DNA from: Amphiscolops sp. MND2022
Taxonomy: Eukaryota
Assembly: GCA_964187785.1 (NCBI GenBank)
Contig: OZ076409.1
Coordinates: 72,728,001-72,792,000 of the forward strand
DNA length: 64,000 bases
Direction: 5' to 3'
The notes beneath the pieces were generated by a model. It saw nothing but the letters and a program-made list of their open reading frames with translations, searched no databases and was not told where the DNA came from. Position numbers and translations under genes: made by a program. Position 1 is the first letter of the stretch; each line of letters begins with the position of its first letter. Below, one piece after another: positions 12,203 to 26,970 of this stretch.

Positions 12203-13081
12203 GTGGTCCGGGGCTGTTTTTGCCCCACAAGAACTTTGCGAGGCCTGGGGAGGGTCCCGGGTGGTCCGGGGCTGTTTTTGCCCCACAAGAACTTTGCGAG
12301 GCCTGGGGAGGGTCCCGGAGCCGAGCGCATTATCCAAAATACATCACTAGTCCACCGGGTCCGATTTCGGCGATTTTGGAATCTAACCATACGATTTTAA
12401 TAAAACTTTGCACACATACCTAAAATCAAATTATAAGAACTTTTTTCCTCTGACGTATCATGATTGAAACATTTGTTGAAAAGTTATGTGCAAATGATCG
12501 TGTTTTTTGGCACTTTTTCGCATTTTTCACACAGTAGCTCCACACTTTACGCTATGCATTTGGCCCATTTTTTGCGTGCGCGGCATAAATGATGTCATGT
12601 TTACACATGCCAAAAATTATTTCTCAATTCGCAACAGGAGTGGAGATATGGCGGATAATATTGGCGGAAATTTTAACGAATACGAAAATTTGCACATATT
12701 TGGCCAACATTTGTTTCAAAAATGCGAAAAATTAAAAAGTCCGCGGATTGCGTTGAAACTTGGCACACGTGTAGTAGAACAAATTCTAAGAACTTTTTTC
12801 TTCTGACGTTTTTCCGAAAAATTGCATCTTCAACCTATATTTGCAATATTTCGGGTTTTTTGATTCAAGGTGATTTATCACTCACATATTCAAAGTCCAT
12901 TTTCAGCATGAAGCAACGCAGATACCGGCAATGTGCATATATTGCAAAATCATCAACAGCCAACGGTCTACCGAAAGGTTCAAAAAAATTTTCCCCTCGG
13001 GCCCAATCAAAGTGGCCAAAAGTGGCAAAAGGTTTTTTCCAACTGTATCACCATTACAAAATTGATGATTTGACCAGGAGG

Positions 13082-14280
13082 AACGGTCCGCACGGTCTCG
13101 GACCATAAGGTGAAAAAGTGTCAGTGAGTTATGGTGACGACCAAAATGACATCGGTTGACCTCTAAGAGGCCTCTGGAAAAATTTGATTTTTTTGAGTCA
13201 CGGTCCGAGTTGATCTGTTACGTTCTATGAACAATTCATAATCATGTTACTCATAACCGAGTACAGATAGCACCGTGGGTCATCTTTATCAAAATGAACA
13301 ATGGGCAGCGGTCTAACGATTGAGTGCAAAAAATATACCTTAGTTGCCATAGTGAAAGAAAAAAATTTTCAGAAGTGTTGTTTTCAATTTTTCATGTCGA
13401 CTCGCAGTTACAAAAATGTGATTTTCTCTTCAGCAACGGTCCGAACGGTCTCGACCGATAAGATAAAAATTTGTCAGTGTGACATGGTGGCGCCCAAAAA
13501 CACATCAGAACACTGGTAGGAAGCTTCTGAACGATTTTCGATTTTTCACGTGGGTCCGAGAGTTATAGTGTCACATCGTAACTACATTTCGGGTATGCAT
13601 ATCTCCTCACAGAGTACAGATAGCATCATGGGTCACCTTTTCGAAAAAGAACGTGGGCCACTGGTCTATCGATTGGTTATAAAAAGTTTTCAGTCACTGC
13701 TGCACGGCGTGAATAATATGCCAATATGGGGTATTTAGCATTTTTTTGCACGACTCGGACCTACAAAAGGCCCATTTCTGCTCCACCAACGGTCCGTACG
13801 GTCTTCGACCATAAGGTGAAAAAGTGTCAGTGTGCTATGGTGACGCCCAAAAACCCATCAGTACACTTGTAGAGTGCTTCTGAAAAATTTTGGAATTTTT
13901 AGGTGAGTCCGAGTGTTATAGAGAGTTATGTTGTCACATCATAACTACATTTCGGGTATGTATATCTCCTGACAGAGTACAGATAGGAACATGGGTCATC
14001 TTTTGGAAAGTAAACGTGGCCCACTGGCCTACCGAATGGTGATAAAAAGTTTTCACTAGTTGCTACAGGGAATGATAAAAGTGCTTACATGTGTTACTTA
14101 CCATTTTTTTAGGCGACTCGGACTTACAAAAAGCTTATTTGCTCGCCAACAACGGTCTCTACGGTCTCCGACCATAAGGTCAAAAAAGTTTTGTGAGCTA
14201 TGGTGACGCCCAAGAACCCATCAGTTTACCTGTAGGATGATTCTGAAAAAATTTGTTTTTTTCCAGTTCACTATGTTAGA
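13082..14280 (+). repeat. Internal ~354-bp tandem repeat
   Basis: Unit starts at ~13082, 13435, 13788, 14151. Confidence 0.82.
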
Positions 14281-16114
14281 TATTACATGGCGAACCGTGT
14301 TATTTTTCCAACAAAATTATGTTTTTGAGTGCCCGAAATTAGTTTTTAAAGCACAATAGCCACATAAAATGTTGTTTTGCATAACATGGGATGTGAATAA
14401 CATGAAAAAAGTGCCCACTGTGGGTTTGGGGTCATTTTGAAAAAATCAGCTGCCATTGGACGTTACACATCAGAAAATCATACCTCACATATCAATATAT
14501 GGGTTGAGTGAAAAATAGCTTAAATGATTTTTCAGTCAATCAAGACCCTTTTTTGTTCACAACCACGTGTACAGCTGACGTTGAACGCATATTGATCTTC
14601 CGCAATGGTTACATTACGATTTTGAGTGACAAAAGCCCCGTTGACAAACAAAATTCCAAGATAAAGTTTGTTTCCAAATCATTTTTTGACGTATACGACC
14701 GCCAATTTCTGCCCACACACATCAATTATCCACTTCTCTTAGTCCAGTGGCATGTGAAAAACACAACTAGGCATTGACAATCCACATACACTATAAATCG
14801 AGTAGTCATGGGCAACAATATTTACAAATCAGTAGTGAAATTTGTCTAAAATTGATAACACATCACAATTTTGTTGGAATCAAACTAGCAAAATGGAGGT
14901 TTATCAGCAACTTTTGGCTTTCACAGCAACCCACTGGCCCTGTAATATAGGAAAAGGGTGTTTACCGAACTTTTAAGGTTATATTTCAGAGTCTGAGGTA
15001 GCTAAAAATATCATACTGAAGAGACGCATGACTTCAACTTCAGTATTTTTCCCGATGTGTCAGCACTTTTTTGGTATCGGCGGTCCCACCAATACTGTTT
15101 TTGGTCTGACACTAAACCTTAGGATCAACCAAGGTGGATGCCAGACTTGAAAAATCATTGCAAGGAATTTCGACATGTCAAAAGTAGTGATGACAGGAGA
15201 TATTTCCCAAAAATTCCAGTTATTTGTCAAGTTCCATTGAGCCTTTTTTAATCGGTCCTTGTCGGTTATGGTATTAACGCTCAACAACAACCTCACTGAC
15301 AACAAACAACTTGGTTATAGTTATAAAAAGTATTTATAATACAACCATGCTCGGTCTGGACAGGTTTTTCATCCCATTCGTTGTTAACAAGCAAATTTTT
15401 TTCCCCAAAAACCCAATTTTTGACAGGTCGAAAATTGATTTCCCGTGTTTTGAACAACATTATTGTGTCTGACGTAACCTGTGGCCTCCAAAATACTGAA
15501 AAACAGATATATGACTGGTATCAAATGCTTCATTGACATGTGAGCCACGATAACACGTTTTGCAAAGAAAAATTCAACTTTTAAGTTAAAATTTTGAAGA
15601 CACATTTTCATAATAAAAACAGAATTCATAAAAAGTAACTTATTTCCCGTCAAATACTATTGATATACTATCAGTGTTGCTAATATGAGGTCTATACAGC
15701 GGTGTATGGGAAAAATGTGGCGCATAAAGCATTGTGTAACACAAAACTTTCCAAAGTACTGCGCATTTTTCACTGTACTTTTTGGACTCTATGACAAAAA
15801 TTTGATAGTGTAAACATCAATGAGCAGTTCAATTTAGTACGATTATTCAACTGTGCATATGTTTCAAAGTGCACGATCTTTCTGTTGTTCCAAAATCCTT
15901 TGTTACGGCTGAAAAGATTCATATGTTTTACAACGCAATGTTCATTAAAAGATAAATTAGCAAAGACTGAATCAATTTTACAAAACCTATCAAACTTCTC
16001 AATACGTCTTTCAGCACTTGGATTTTGCAGACTATATAGATCTGATTTGCATTTTTATAAAGACATTATAACTGAATCTTGCATTTTTATAAAGAACTTA
16101 TAAAAAAATTTCAT

Positions 16115-16155
16115 GATAGCCTTCCAAGTTGGCCTTCGGCCAACTTGGAAGGCTA
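16115..16155 (+). other. Type II internal hairpin (example): TAGCCTTCCAAGTTGGCC-TTC-GGCCAACTTGGAAGGCTA
   Basis: Perfect 18-bp inverted repeat here. Variants at 1688, 11178, 20866, 29187, 34286, 37436, 44336, 49985, 57889, 59248, 63509. Confidence 0.88.
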
Positions 16156-17155
16156 GCACTCCAAATACCAAAAAACAGGAGTTCCTTTATTCTCAAAATA
16201 GCTGTGGACAGTTTCATTCAACATTCTTTTCTCACGTTAATTGATAAATTCAGACCATAAACATTTCCATTCGCTATAAGGAGATCATAATTGAGTTCCA
16301 TAAAAACATCTTTCATTGTGTCGCTTAAAAATACCATAAAAACTAACTTGAAACATATGAATCGTATGTGGAACGTACATTCTATTTACCAGTGAGTGTC
16401 TACCCTTATTGGTTCCACCAAATCCTCTACCCCTCCACTAGACAGTACGTTACATCATACGTTGATGTATTTCACAGTGGTGACATAGGGCCAAAAAAAA
16501 ACGAAATGGAGTGTATGCATTGCTAATGTTATTAAGTCAGCCAATTGTGGTAGGAAAGGTTCAATACTACGAAAAATATCTATTCCAACTGACAATGATT
16601 TGGGGCAAACACATGGCACACAAAAATACCTCAATAATTTTCACCAATCAATTTCTTCCACAAAAACTTTTGTGTCCGATGGTGTATAATTTCCTAATTT
16701 GGAATCAGCCAGTTAGTCATTTTCGCATCTCAGCTCGGTCATAACAGAGCGTTCTTTTATGAAATTGTCTCTACCCAAATTCACGTAACGAGGCTGCTAC
16801 GTCCCCTATTTGGAGTGTTATTAGTGTTTATAAGGGATTAATCACTCTAATGAACATATACTTCTAATGTTGAAACTCTTTCACTTTTCTTTGTAAATTG
16901 TTAAAGTAGAACATTGCTGTTATTCAGCAGGAACTCGCTTTGGCTTGCAGAATGATGGAAAATAAATGACAAGTCGCCCTGTAAGGCACCACGTGTCGTG
17001 GGGATGACAAATATGAAATAAGTTGAACACAACAAAGACTACTTTTGTCAACAGAAGGGAAAACGAAAATTTTAATTATGAAAATTTTTATGTTTTTTAA
17101 TACACATTTTCCTCGCATCTCGGCAGTGCAACTGCAACAACCTCGCCTCCACTGG

Positions 17156-20100
17156 GTGGTTGGGGCGTTATTCCCCACAGGGGTCGCGGCCGCGGGGAGG
17201 GCCCCGACTGGCCGCGCTTATGGTGCAAGATTTATACCTACCGCAAGTGCGCAAAAAAAGTACGAAATCGGAAATGAACCATAGGATTTCCTTGAAACTT
17301 TGCACACAGGTAAAAGAGAAAATTCTAAGAACTTTTTCCTACTGGCACTTTTCCGAAAAAAAAGTCCTTCATGGTTTTTTTTGGGTTTTTTTGGTTTTTT
17401 CTCATCTTTCTCATCTTTGATTAATCAATCACCGAATCAAAGGCCATTTTCAGCATGAAGGAATGCCCGTAGCAGCAAAGTGCACTTTTACAAAAATCAT
17501 CAACGGTCAACGGTCTTTCGAACGGTCCAAAAAAATTTCCCCCGGGGGGCATCCAAAATGCCGAAAAGTGCCAAAATATTTTTTTGGTCTGAATCATTTT
17601 GATGAAATTGTTGATTTGAGCAGCAGGAACGGTCCGCACGGTCTCGGACCATAAGGTGAAAAATTGTCAGTGAGTTATGGTGACGACCAAAATGACATTG
17701 GTTGAGCTGTAGGAGGCCTCTGAAAAAATTTGAATTTTTTGAGTCTACAGTCCGAGCTGAACTGTTACGTATTATGAACTTTTCAGTACTATGTTGCCAA
17801 TGACCGAGTACAGATAGGTGCATGGGTCAGCCTTATTGAAATGAACACTGGGCACTGGGCTACCGACTGAGTGCAAAAATTATAGCCTAGTTGCTGTAGT
17901 GGAAGAAAAAAATTCTCAGAAGTGTTACTTTCAATTTGTCATGTTGACTCGGAGTTACAAAAAGGTGATTTTCTCGCCAACAACGGTCCGAACGGTCTTG
18001 GACCATAAGATCAAAAATTGTCACTGTGATATGGTGACGCCCAAAAACCCATCGGAACGAGCGTAGGATGCTTCTGAAAAAATTTCGAATTTTTACGTGG
18101 GCCCAAGAGTTATTGTGTTACATCGTAACAACATTTCGTGTATGCATATCTCCTGACAGCGTACAGATAGCATCATGGGTCACCTTTTTGAAAGTGAACG
18201 TGGGCCACTGGTGTACTGCATGGTTATAAAAAATTTAGACTAAGTGCTGCATGGCGTGAATAATATGCCAAGATGTGGTATTTACGATATTTTAGCACGA
18301 CTCGGACTGACAAAAAGCCTATTTCTGCCCCAGCAACGGTCCGAACGGTCATCAAGTATAAGGTCAAAAAATGTCAGTGTGACATGATGGCGCCTAAAAA
18401 CCCACCAGAACATTCGTAAGAAGCTTCTGAAAAAATTTCGAATTTTTACGTGGGCCCGAGAGTTATGATGTTGCATTGAAGCAACATTTCGTGTATGCAT
18501 ATCTCCTGACAGAGTACAGATAGCATCATGGGTCACCTTTTCCAAAATAAACGTGGGCCACTGTTTTATCGAATGGTTGTAAAAAGTTTTCAATAAGTGC
18601 TGCATGGCGTGAAAAATATGCCAAGATGTGGTATTTAGCATTTTTTTCCACGACTCGGACTTACAAAAAGCCAATTTCTGCTCCACCAACGATCCGTACG
18701 GTTTTCGACCATAAGGTCAAAAAGTGTCAGTGTGCTATGGTGACGCCCAAAAACCCATCATTACACTTCTAGAGTGCTTCTGAAAAAAAGTGACATTTTT
18801 AGGTGAGTCTGAGAGTTATAGAGAGTTATGTTGTCACATCGTAACTACATTTCGGGTATGTATATCTCCTGACAGAGTACAGATAGCAACATGGGTCATA
18901 TTTTAAAAAGTAAACGTTGGCCACTGGCCTACCAATTGATGATAAAAAGTTTCCACCAGTTGCTACAGGGAGTGATAAAAGTGCTTACATGGGTTATATA
19001 ACATTTTTTCAGGCGACTCGGACTTACAAAAAGCTCATTTGCTCGCGAACAACGGTCTGTACGGTCTCCACTCATAGGGTCGAAAATTTTTCGTGGGCTA
19101 TGGTGACGCTCAAATTTCCATCAGTTTACTTGTGGGTTGATTCTGTGAAAATTTATTGTTTTCGTGCAGACTATGTTACATATTACATTGGGAACCGTGT
19201 TTTTTTCTCACCAAAATACTGTTTTTGAGTGCCCAAAAACAATTTTTAAAGCCCAGTAGTCACCTAAAATGTTCTTTTGCATAACATGGGATGTGAATAA
19301 CGTGAAGAAAGTGCTCACTGTGGATTTGGAGTTATCTCGAGAAAATCAGCTGCCATTAGACGTTACATTACAGAAAATCGTACCTTACATATCGATTCAT
19401 GGGTTGAGTCAAAAACAGCTGAAGTTCTTTTTCAGTCAATCAAGACTCTTTTTTGTTCACAACCAAGTGTACAGCTGACGTCGAACCTATTTTGACCTTC
19501 CACAATGGTTATAATGCGATTTTGAGGCACAAAAGCCTCGTTGACAAACAAAATTCCAAGATGAAATTGTCTTCCAAATCATTTTTTGAAGTATAGGAAC
19601 GCCAGTTTTTGCCGACAAACATCAAATACCCACTTCTCTTGGCCCAGTGGCTTGTGAAAAATACAACTGGGTATTGACAGGCCACATGGACTGTAATTCG
19701 AGTAGTCATGTGCCGCAACATTTACTACACGGTAGCAAAATTCGTTGAAATATGATGCAACATCACATTTTTGGTGGACTCGAATTGACAAAATGGAGCT
19801 TCAGTAGCAACTATTGGCTACTAGTGCAACTCACTGGCACTGTATGTTAGGAAAATGATGTTTACAGTAGTTTCATGCTATTTTTTTAGAGTCTGAGGTA
19901 CATAAAAGTATCATACTGAATAGACATATGACTTCAACATCGGAATTTTTCAGGACGTGTCACCACTTTTTTGGTATCAGCGGTCCTACTAACACTGTTT
20001 TTGCTCTAACACTAAACCCGAGGATCAACCAAAGTGTATACCAGACTTGGAAAATCAATGCAAGGACTTTCGACATGTTAAAAGTACTGATGAGAAGAGA

Positions 20101-21871
20101 TACTTCTCAAAAATTCATGTTATGTGTCATATTCCATTCCACATTTTTTAATCGGTGCTTGTCGGATACAGTATTACCGCTTATCAACAAGCTTACTGAC
20201 AAAAAAGAACTTGTTAACAGTTATTAAAAGTATTTATAATACCACCATGCTCGGTCTTGGCAGATTTTTCATCGCATTCGTTCTCAACGTGTAAATGTTA
20301 TTTCGCAAAAACCCAATTTTTGTCAGGTCGAAAATCGAATTTTCGTGTTTTGATCAACATTATTGTGTCTGACGTAACCTCTGGCCTCCAAAATACTAAA
20401 AAACAAAAGTATGACTGGTATCAAATGCTTCAGTAACATGTGGGGCACGTTAACACGTTTTGCAAAGAAAAATTCAACTGTGAAGTGAAAATTTGGAAGA
20501 CATATTGTGTCAATAAAAACTGAATACATGAAAAACGTACCTAATTCCCGTCAATTACTATTGATGTAGTAACTGTGTTGCGAATTTGAGGTTTATAGAG
20601 GGGTGTATGGGAAAACTGTGGCGCATAAAGCGTTGTCCATAACAAAGTTTTTCCTATAACTACTATTGTGTTCTCAAAAGTTTCACTATATTTCACATAT
20701 TTACAGAATGTGAATGATGCTATCCAGTAATGGAAAACCTGTGTCGACTCCCCTTTAGTGGACTCAACAGTCCTGAAAATCACAGACATACATCACGTTT
20801 CTTTATTATACGATCGAGGCTACAGAATAATTTATTTTCGCCATTGGCTGATGACTGAATTTTCTGATAGCCTTCCAAGTTGGCCTTGTGTCAACCTGGG
20901 AAGGCTATCAGTACAAAAAACAAAGAGCACAGCTTGTTTTTGCTTCTAATTTACCTGTTATTTCCGTTAGGATTCTATGGTACCGTTTCATTATTGCATG
21001 TGGTCAACAGAAGACAATTACTGTCTTGACATGCATTGAGAAAAAAAGTTAGATTTTAGTTGAAAAAGACCTTGAAACTACTGCGCAATTCATGCAATTC
21101 ATCCAAAAACTTCAATCATTTCATTAATTTGTGTCTTATTGAGCGTCACGAACCACTATACTCCCTTTAACTGACAGTACAAAGACACATCATCCTTTGA
21201 CCGTCCACAGTCGGAAGGCGTGGCGAGGCACGCCTTTCGAAGACCTTTGGCAAAAAAGTACTAACGTCCGTTCGTGACGCATACAAAAAACTATTTTATT
21301 TTCAAATATCGTCAAAACGGCTTTTCGTAACATTAGTGCAATGATACCTTTATCAGTGAAATATTAAGTTATACATAGGTAACTGCAGTAACTTCGTGAT
21401 TACCAAAGTGATATCAAAATGTTGTTACATAAATACTTCTGACACAGCGGAATTCCGAAGTGTCTTTAGGCACCTTTTCTGTGCTCGTTAGGAAAGCGAG
21501 CATTTTTGCTTGGACCAAACATGCTCGTATCAGACTTGCCGGTCATGTGAAGGCAAGTAACGGAATCGAAACAATGTTCCTCATCAACTTTTTGGTAGGG
21601 TCAGAAACACAATGTTTCCTTTTTAATGTCCCCCAATTGTTTGTTAGCTTCTGTTCCTAGGGAATTGTTTCTGCTCAGACCAAAATATAGCAAGTTATCC
21701 ACTATGCCTGATATCGGTTTTGCCCCACACAGAACTATAACCTAACATTTTTGTATGTTGATATCTTTCTACCCCGTAGTTCAACAACTCATGCATCTTC
21801 ATTTCTTCTTCAACAACTAACTCGCCACCTCCTTGTCGTCGTCTCGTGGTTTGTTTAGCCTCCAGCGCTAG
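17156..21871 (+). repeat. Long cassette family L (4716 bp)
   Basis: Diverged colinear copy of 7468-12202; type II hairpin 20866-20909. Confidence 0.9.
17628..19180 (+). repeat. Internal ~354-bp tandem repeat
   Basis: Unit starts at ~17628, 17982, 18335, 18688, 19051. Confidence 0.82.
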
Positions 21872-24800
21872 GTGCCGGGATTTCCATTCGTTCAGGGAAG
21901 ATGCGCGCTGTTGGGGAGGGTCCCGGGCGCGCTCAGGTGTTTTGGGTCTTTCAACTTTCCAGAACGGGTCTGCTGGGAACGATCTCGAAAACTATCCATA
22001 CGATTTGGCTGAAATTTTGCATGTGGCTCCCAATGGACATTGTAAGAACAAATCCCTACTGGCGTTTTGCTGGGAAAAATCAAAATGTTGGTCAAAAATG
22101 CAATTTTCCGACAAAATTTTTGACTTTTTTTTCTTTGACAGTCAAAATCTCGCCACAGGGTCACGCTAGCTACCCTAAACCCTGCTAATTATAATTTGCA
22201 ATCTGTCTCAGGAATGCGGTGTGAAATTTTCAGGTCAATCGGATTCAAACTCAGCGACTAAGAACGATTTTTTAGGTGCATTTTTTGACATTTTTTGCAT
22301 TTGCTGATTTATCTCTGCCGTTTTTTGCCCAGATTTTTTTTGAGAGCCTCTCCTAAAGACCTCCCCTGGCCGGTTTACCTCCCAGCAAAACCATTTGGCC
22401 CTAAATACGAAGTTTCAGCGTTCTAGCATTCCCGGGCGAAAAGTTGTGGGACTTAGAAAATTTTTTCGAAAACGCAAAATGTGTAAAGTCAACTTCAGGC
22501 CTCCCAAAGTCAAGGAACTTCCACACAACTAGTATTGCAAGTGAATGCATGTGGAAAGTACTCTAATAGACGAGGACAATGCGCTATAGAACGACTCTGT
22601 AGCTTAACCTGACGTTGACTTATGGTGTTTTGAATGTGGGCTTGCTAAGGGGTCTGAAAATCAAAAATTGAAAATGGAAACTAAGTCTAATTGAAAACTC
22701 ACCGGAATCCTTGCAATCGGCCCCAGGGCGTGCTCAATTGTAGTTTTTCATTCTGTCAACACCACTCAAGGTCTTTTGACTTATGTTGAAAAAATTGACA
22801 CCGTATTATGTATCATTCATTCGATGGCACGAAACAGTTGAGTACATTCCATCTCCCTTTCGGGGGAGATGAGAATGTACTCGCTAAAGTCCAGGTACTA
22901 CAGCCCATATTTCTTTTGATGCAACGCTCTTTATGCTAGTGCGCACAAGTATTATTCTTTTAACTGAATTTTCTTTTTAACTGCACTTTGACTTTGACTT
23001 GACATATAGTGAACGTTTTGTCTTACAACTTACAAATGAGTAACGTCAACGCCCCATCCTTGCATCAACGCCCACCGTCCGTGGGCATGCCGAGGCATGC
23101 CCTTCGACGACGTATGCCAAGATATATCCCAAGCGCGGTAGCCGCTAGGTGCCGGTGTTTTTCACGACAAAGAAAGTTGCGCGCTTTGGGTAGGGTCCCG
23201 GCGCGCTTTTGGGGTTCATTTTAACAACCTGATCTCCCGTTGCACGTATGTCCGATTTTCCAAACTATCCTACCAATTTTGCTGAAATTTTGCATGTGGG
23301 TCCCTATGGACATTCTAAGAACAAATCCCTACTGGCGTTTTGCCCGGAAAATTTTTTTTGTTGACTTATTGACAATTTTAGGTGCCGAAAATGACGTTTT
23401 TTCAAAAAAAAATTTTTTAAGAGCCCATATCTCGCTCCCAGGTGCCCGGAGCGGGTCGCATGTGGACGTTGATATTGCTAGGCACTTCGTAAGGAGTCTG
23501 TAGACAAATTTTGGTTCAGATTGAATGAAAATTGATTGAGTAATAGCCGCAAATTGGACGCATTTTGTCAAATTTTTTCGAAACCCCAGTCTATCTCTGC
23601 CGTTTTTTGCCCAGATTTTTTTCTAGACCCTCTCCTAAAGGCCTCCCCTGGCCGGATTACCTCCCAGCAAAACCATTTGGCCCTAAATACGAAGTTTCAG
23701 CATTCTAGCATTCTCGGGCGAAAAGTTGTGGGACTTAGAAAAATTTTTTTGAAAACGCAAAATGTGTAAAGTCAACTTCAGGCCTCCCAAAGTCAAGGAA
23801 CTTCCACACAACTAGTATTGCAAGTGAATGCATGTGGAAAGTACTCGGATAGACGAGAAAAATGAGCTATTATAAATCTCTGTAGCTTAACCTGACGTTG
23901 ACTTATGACAATTTTAGTGTGAGCTTGCTATGTGAGAAAAAAATTCAAAATTGGAAATCGAAGCTAAGTCTCATCCAAAACTCATCGGAACACGTTCAAT
24001 CCATCCCAGAGCGGTTTAATTCCAGCTATATAATGCAGCAACACTATTCAAGACCATTTGATCCACTTACATTAGTTTTGACACCGTATTATTCATCCGA
24101 GAGCACAAAACAGTTGAGTACATTCCATCTCCCTTTCGGGGGAGATGAGAATGTACTCGCTAAAGTCCAGGTACTACAGCCCATATTTGTTTTTATGCGA
24201 CGCTTTTATGGTTTGTATGCTAGTGCGTACACGTATTAATCTTTTAACATATTTTTTGTCGTCTGCAGTTTGCTTTTGGCTTGACATAAACTGAACGTTT
24301 TGTCCTTAAAACATACACATTACTAACGTCAACGCCCCATCCTTGCATCAACGCCCACCGTCCGTGGGCATGCCGAGGCATGCCCTTCGACGACGTATAC
24401 CAAGATATACATCGAGCGCGTTAGCCTAGGTGCCGGGATTTCTATTCGATAAGGAATTTTGCGCGGTTGGGTAGGGCCCCGTGAGCGCGCCAGGGGATAG
24501 TGTTAGAACAACAAGGATTTGGGCATCAGTTGGGAGCGATTTTCTAAACTATCCGTACGATTTGGCTGAAATTTGGCATGAAGCTTCCTTGGAACATTCT
24601 AAGAACAAATCCCTACTGGCGTTTTGCTGGGAAAAATCAAAAAGTTGGTCAAAAATGCGATTTTCCGACGAAATTTTCGGGTACTTTTTTTTTGAAACGT
24701 TATATCTCGCCACAGGGTTACGCTAGCGCTTCGCAACCTATGATCGTGTTTTGTAGGGCGTTGTCTGTAGAACACGTATGCCAAATTTGGTGGCGATCGG

Positions 24801-25693
24801 ACTTGAACTCAGCGAGTTAGAGCGATTTTTTCGGTGAATTTTTTGACATTTTTTGCATTTGCCGATTTATCTCTGCCGTTTTTGCCCAGATTTTTTTTGA
24901 GACACTCTCCTAAAGACCCCCCCTGGCCGGTTTACCTCCCAGCAAAACCATTTGGCCCTAAATACGAAGTTTCAGCGTTCAAGCAATCCCGGGCGAAAAG
25001 TTATGGGACTTAGAAAATTTTTTCGAAAACGCAAAATGTGTAAAGTCAACTTCAGGCCTCCCAAAGTCAAGGAACTTCCACACAACTAGTATTGCAAGTG
25101 AATGCATGTGGAAAGTACTGGAATGGACGAGGAAAATGAGCTATAGAACGTCTCTGTATCTTAACCTGACGTTGACTTATGGTGTTTTGAAAGTGGGCTT
25201 CCTGAGGGGTCTGAAAAGCAAAAATTAAAAATGGAAACTAAGTCTTATTGAAAACTCACCGGATTCCGTGCAATCGACCCCAGAACGTGCTCAATTGTAG
25301 TTTCCTAATCTATCAACGCCATTCAAGGTCTTTTGACTAATGTTGAAAAAATTGATACCGTATTATTCATCCGAGAGCACGAAACAGTTGAGTACATTCC
25401 ATCTCCCTTTCGGGGGAGATGAGAATGTACTCGCTATAGTCCAGGTACTACAGCCCTTTTTTTTATGCGGCGCTCTTTATACTAGTGTGTAGACGTATTA
25501 ATCTTTTAACTGAATTTTCTTTTGTCTACACTTTGAGTTTGACTTGACATATACTGAAAGTTTTCGTCCTTACAACACACACATGACTTACGTCAACGCC
25601 CCATCCTTGCATCAACGCCCATCGTCCGTGGGCATGCCGAGGCATGCCCTTCGACGACCCGCACCAAAATATACGTCGAGCGCGTTAGCCTAG
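21872..25693 (+). repeat. Three diverged short cassettes, family D-like (21872-23148, 23149-24429, 24430-25693)
   Basis: 1277, 1281 and 1264 bp. Shared GTCAACTTCAGGCCTCCCAAAGTCAAGGAAC block; each has a type I hairpin and end box. Confidence 0.88.
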
Positions 25694-26970
25694 GTGGCCG
25701 GAAATTTTTTTTTTCATCAAAATCTTTGCCATTGGGGGAGGGGCCCCGGATGGCCAGTAGTTCGGCTTGGCTACCTGCAAAATCAGGTACAAAAAAACAC
25801 GATCTCAAAATTGGCCCGTCAGAATTCGCTCATTTTTTGCATGCGGCCCTAGAATCAATATATAAGAACAAAGTCCTGCTGACGTTTTGCCGAAAAAACA
25901 TTTTTTGTTGACCAAAAATAACATTTTTCATGCCAAAATGACCGTTTTTTCACATTTTTCAACTTTGAGAGCTCATATCTCGTTCCCAGGTACCCGGAGC
26001 GGTTCGCACGTGAACTGCAATATTGCTCAGCGTTGTTAACGGAGTGCGTGGACAAATTTTGGTCCAAATTGGACTTAAACTCGGGGAGATATAAACGGAT
26101 TTTTGGGGGTTTCCGGGGTAAATTTTTTAACGGTCCAGCTTATCTTTGCCATTTTTTGGAAAATGTACTCGCCTAAAGGCCTCCCCCTGGCCGAATTTAC
26201 TCCCAGCAAAACCATTTGGCCCTAAATACGGAGTTTCAGCGTTCTAGCATTTCCGGGCGAAAAGTTGTGGGACTTAGAAAAAATTCAAAAATTTTCAAAA
26301 TTTTTTTTTTCGTTTTCCGGCCCCCCAATGAAGGGGAACGACCCCCCAACTAGGATTTTTGGTGAATCCATGCGAAAATGTCTTTTTTAGTGGAGAAAAA
26401 TGCCGTTTATAGCGACTTTTTATCTTAACTTGACGTTGACTTATGTCGTTTTGAATTTGATATTAGTATGTGTTGAGCATGTGAAAAGTTGAACATTTCA
26501 GTTGTTCTTTCGTGTTAGCCATTGAGATACAAGCTGTAGTGATCAAATTGTGATTTTTTGCGGTTTCGTGGTGCTTTTGGTGTATTTTGATTCTTTTGAT
26601 AAAAAAGTTGTTCTTTATATATTGACAATTTTGTTGTATTGATTCCATTGAACATGAAACAGTTGAGTACATTTCATCTCCCTCTTGGGGGAGATGAGAA
26701 TGTACTCGCTAAAGTCCTAGTACTATGGCCCATTTTTGTTTTTATCAGACGCAGATACTGCCAACGGATACATTTTGTTGGTGCAACTTTCCTGTGCACA
26801 ATGTCTTTAGAAGCTAGAAACTCTATGTCTCTAGCTTACTTCTCCTACAAATTCGTCACCAACGTCAACGCCACACACTCTCACTAACGCCCACCGTCTG
26901 TGGGCATGCCGAGGCATGCCCTTCGACGACGTATGCCAAATAGCGCCACAGGGCGCCCAATTTTGTCTAG
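25694..26970 (+). repeat. Short cassette with family-A head and mosaic body (1277 bp)
   Basis: First ~68 bp match family A, then it diverges; the 3' half is a more distant A relative. Confidence 0.85.

Larger units (their letters stand above)
12203..17155 (+). repeat. Long cassette, divergent L variant (4953 bp)
   Basis: Body homologous to other L units with one fewer 354-bp repeat. Duplicated 58-bp head, unique tail, ends in CTGG. Confidence 0.88.
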
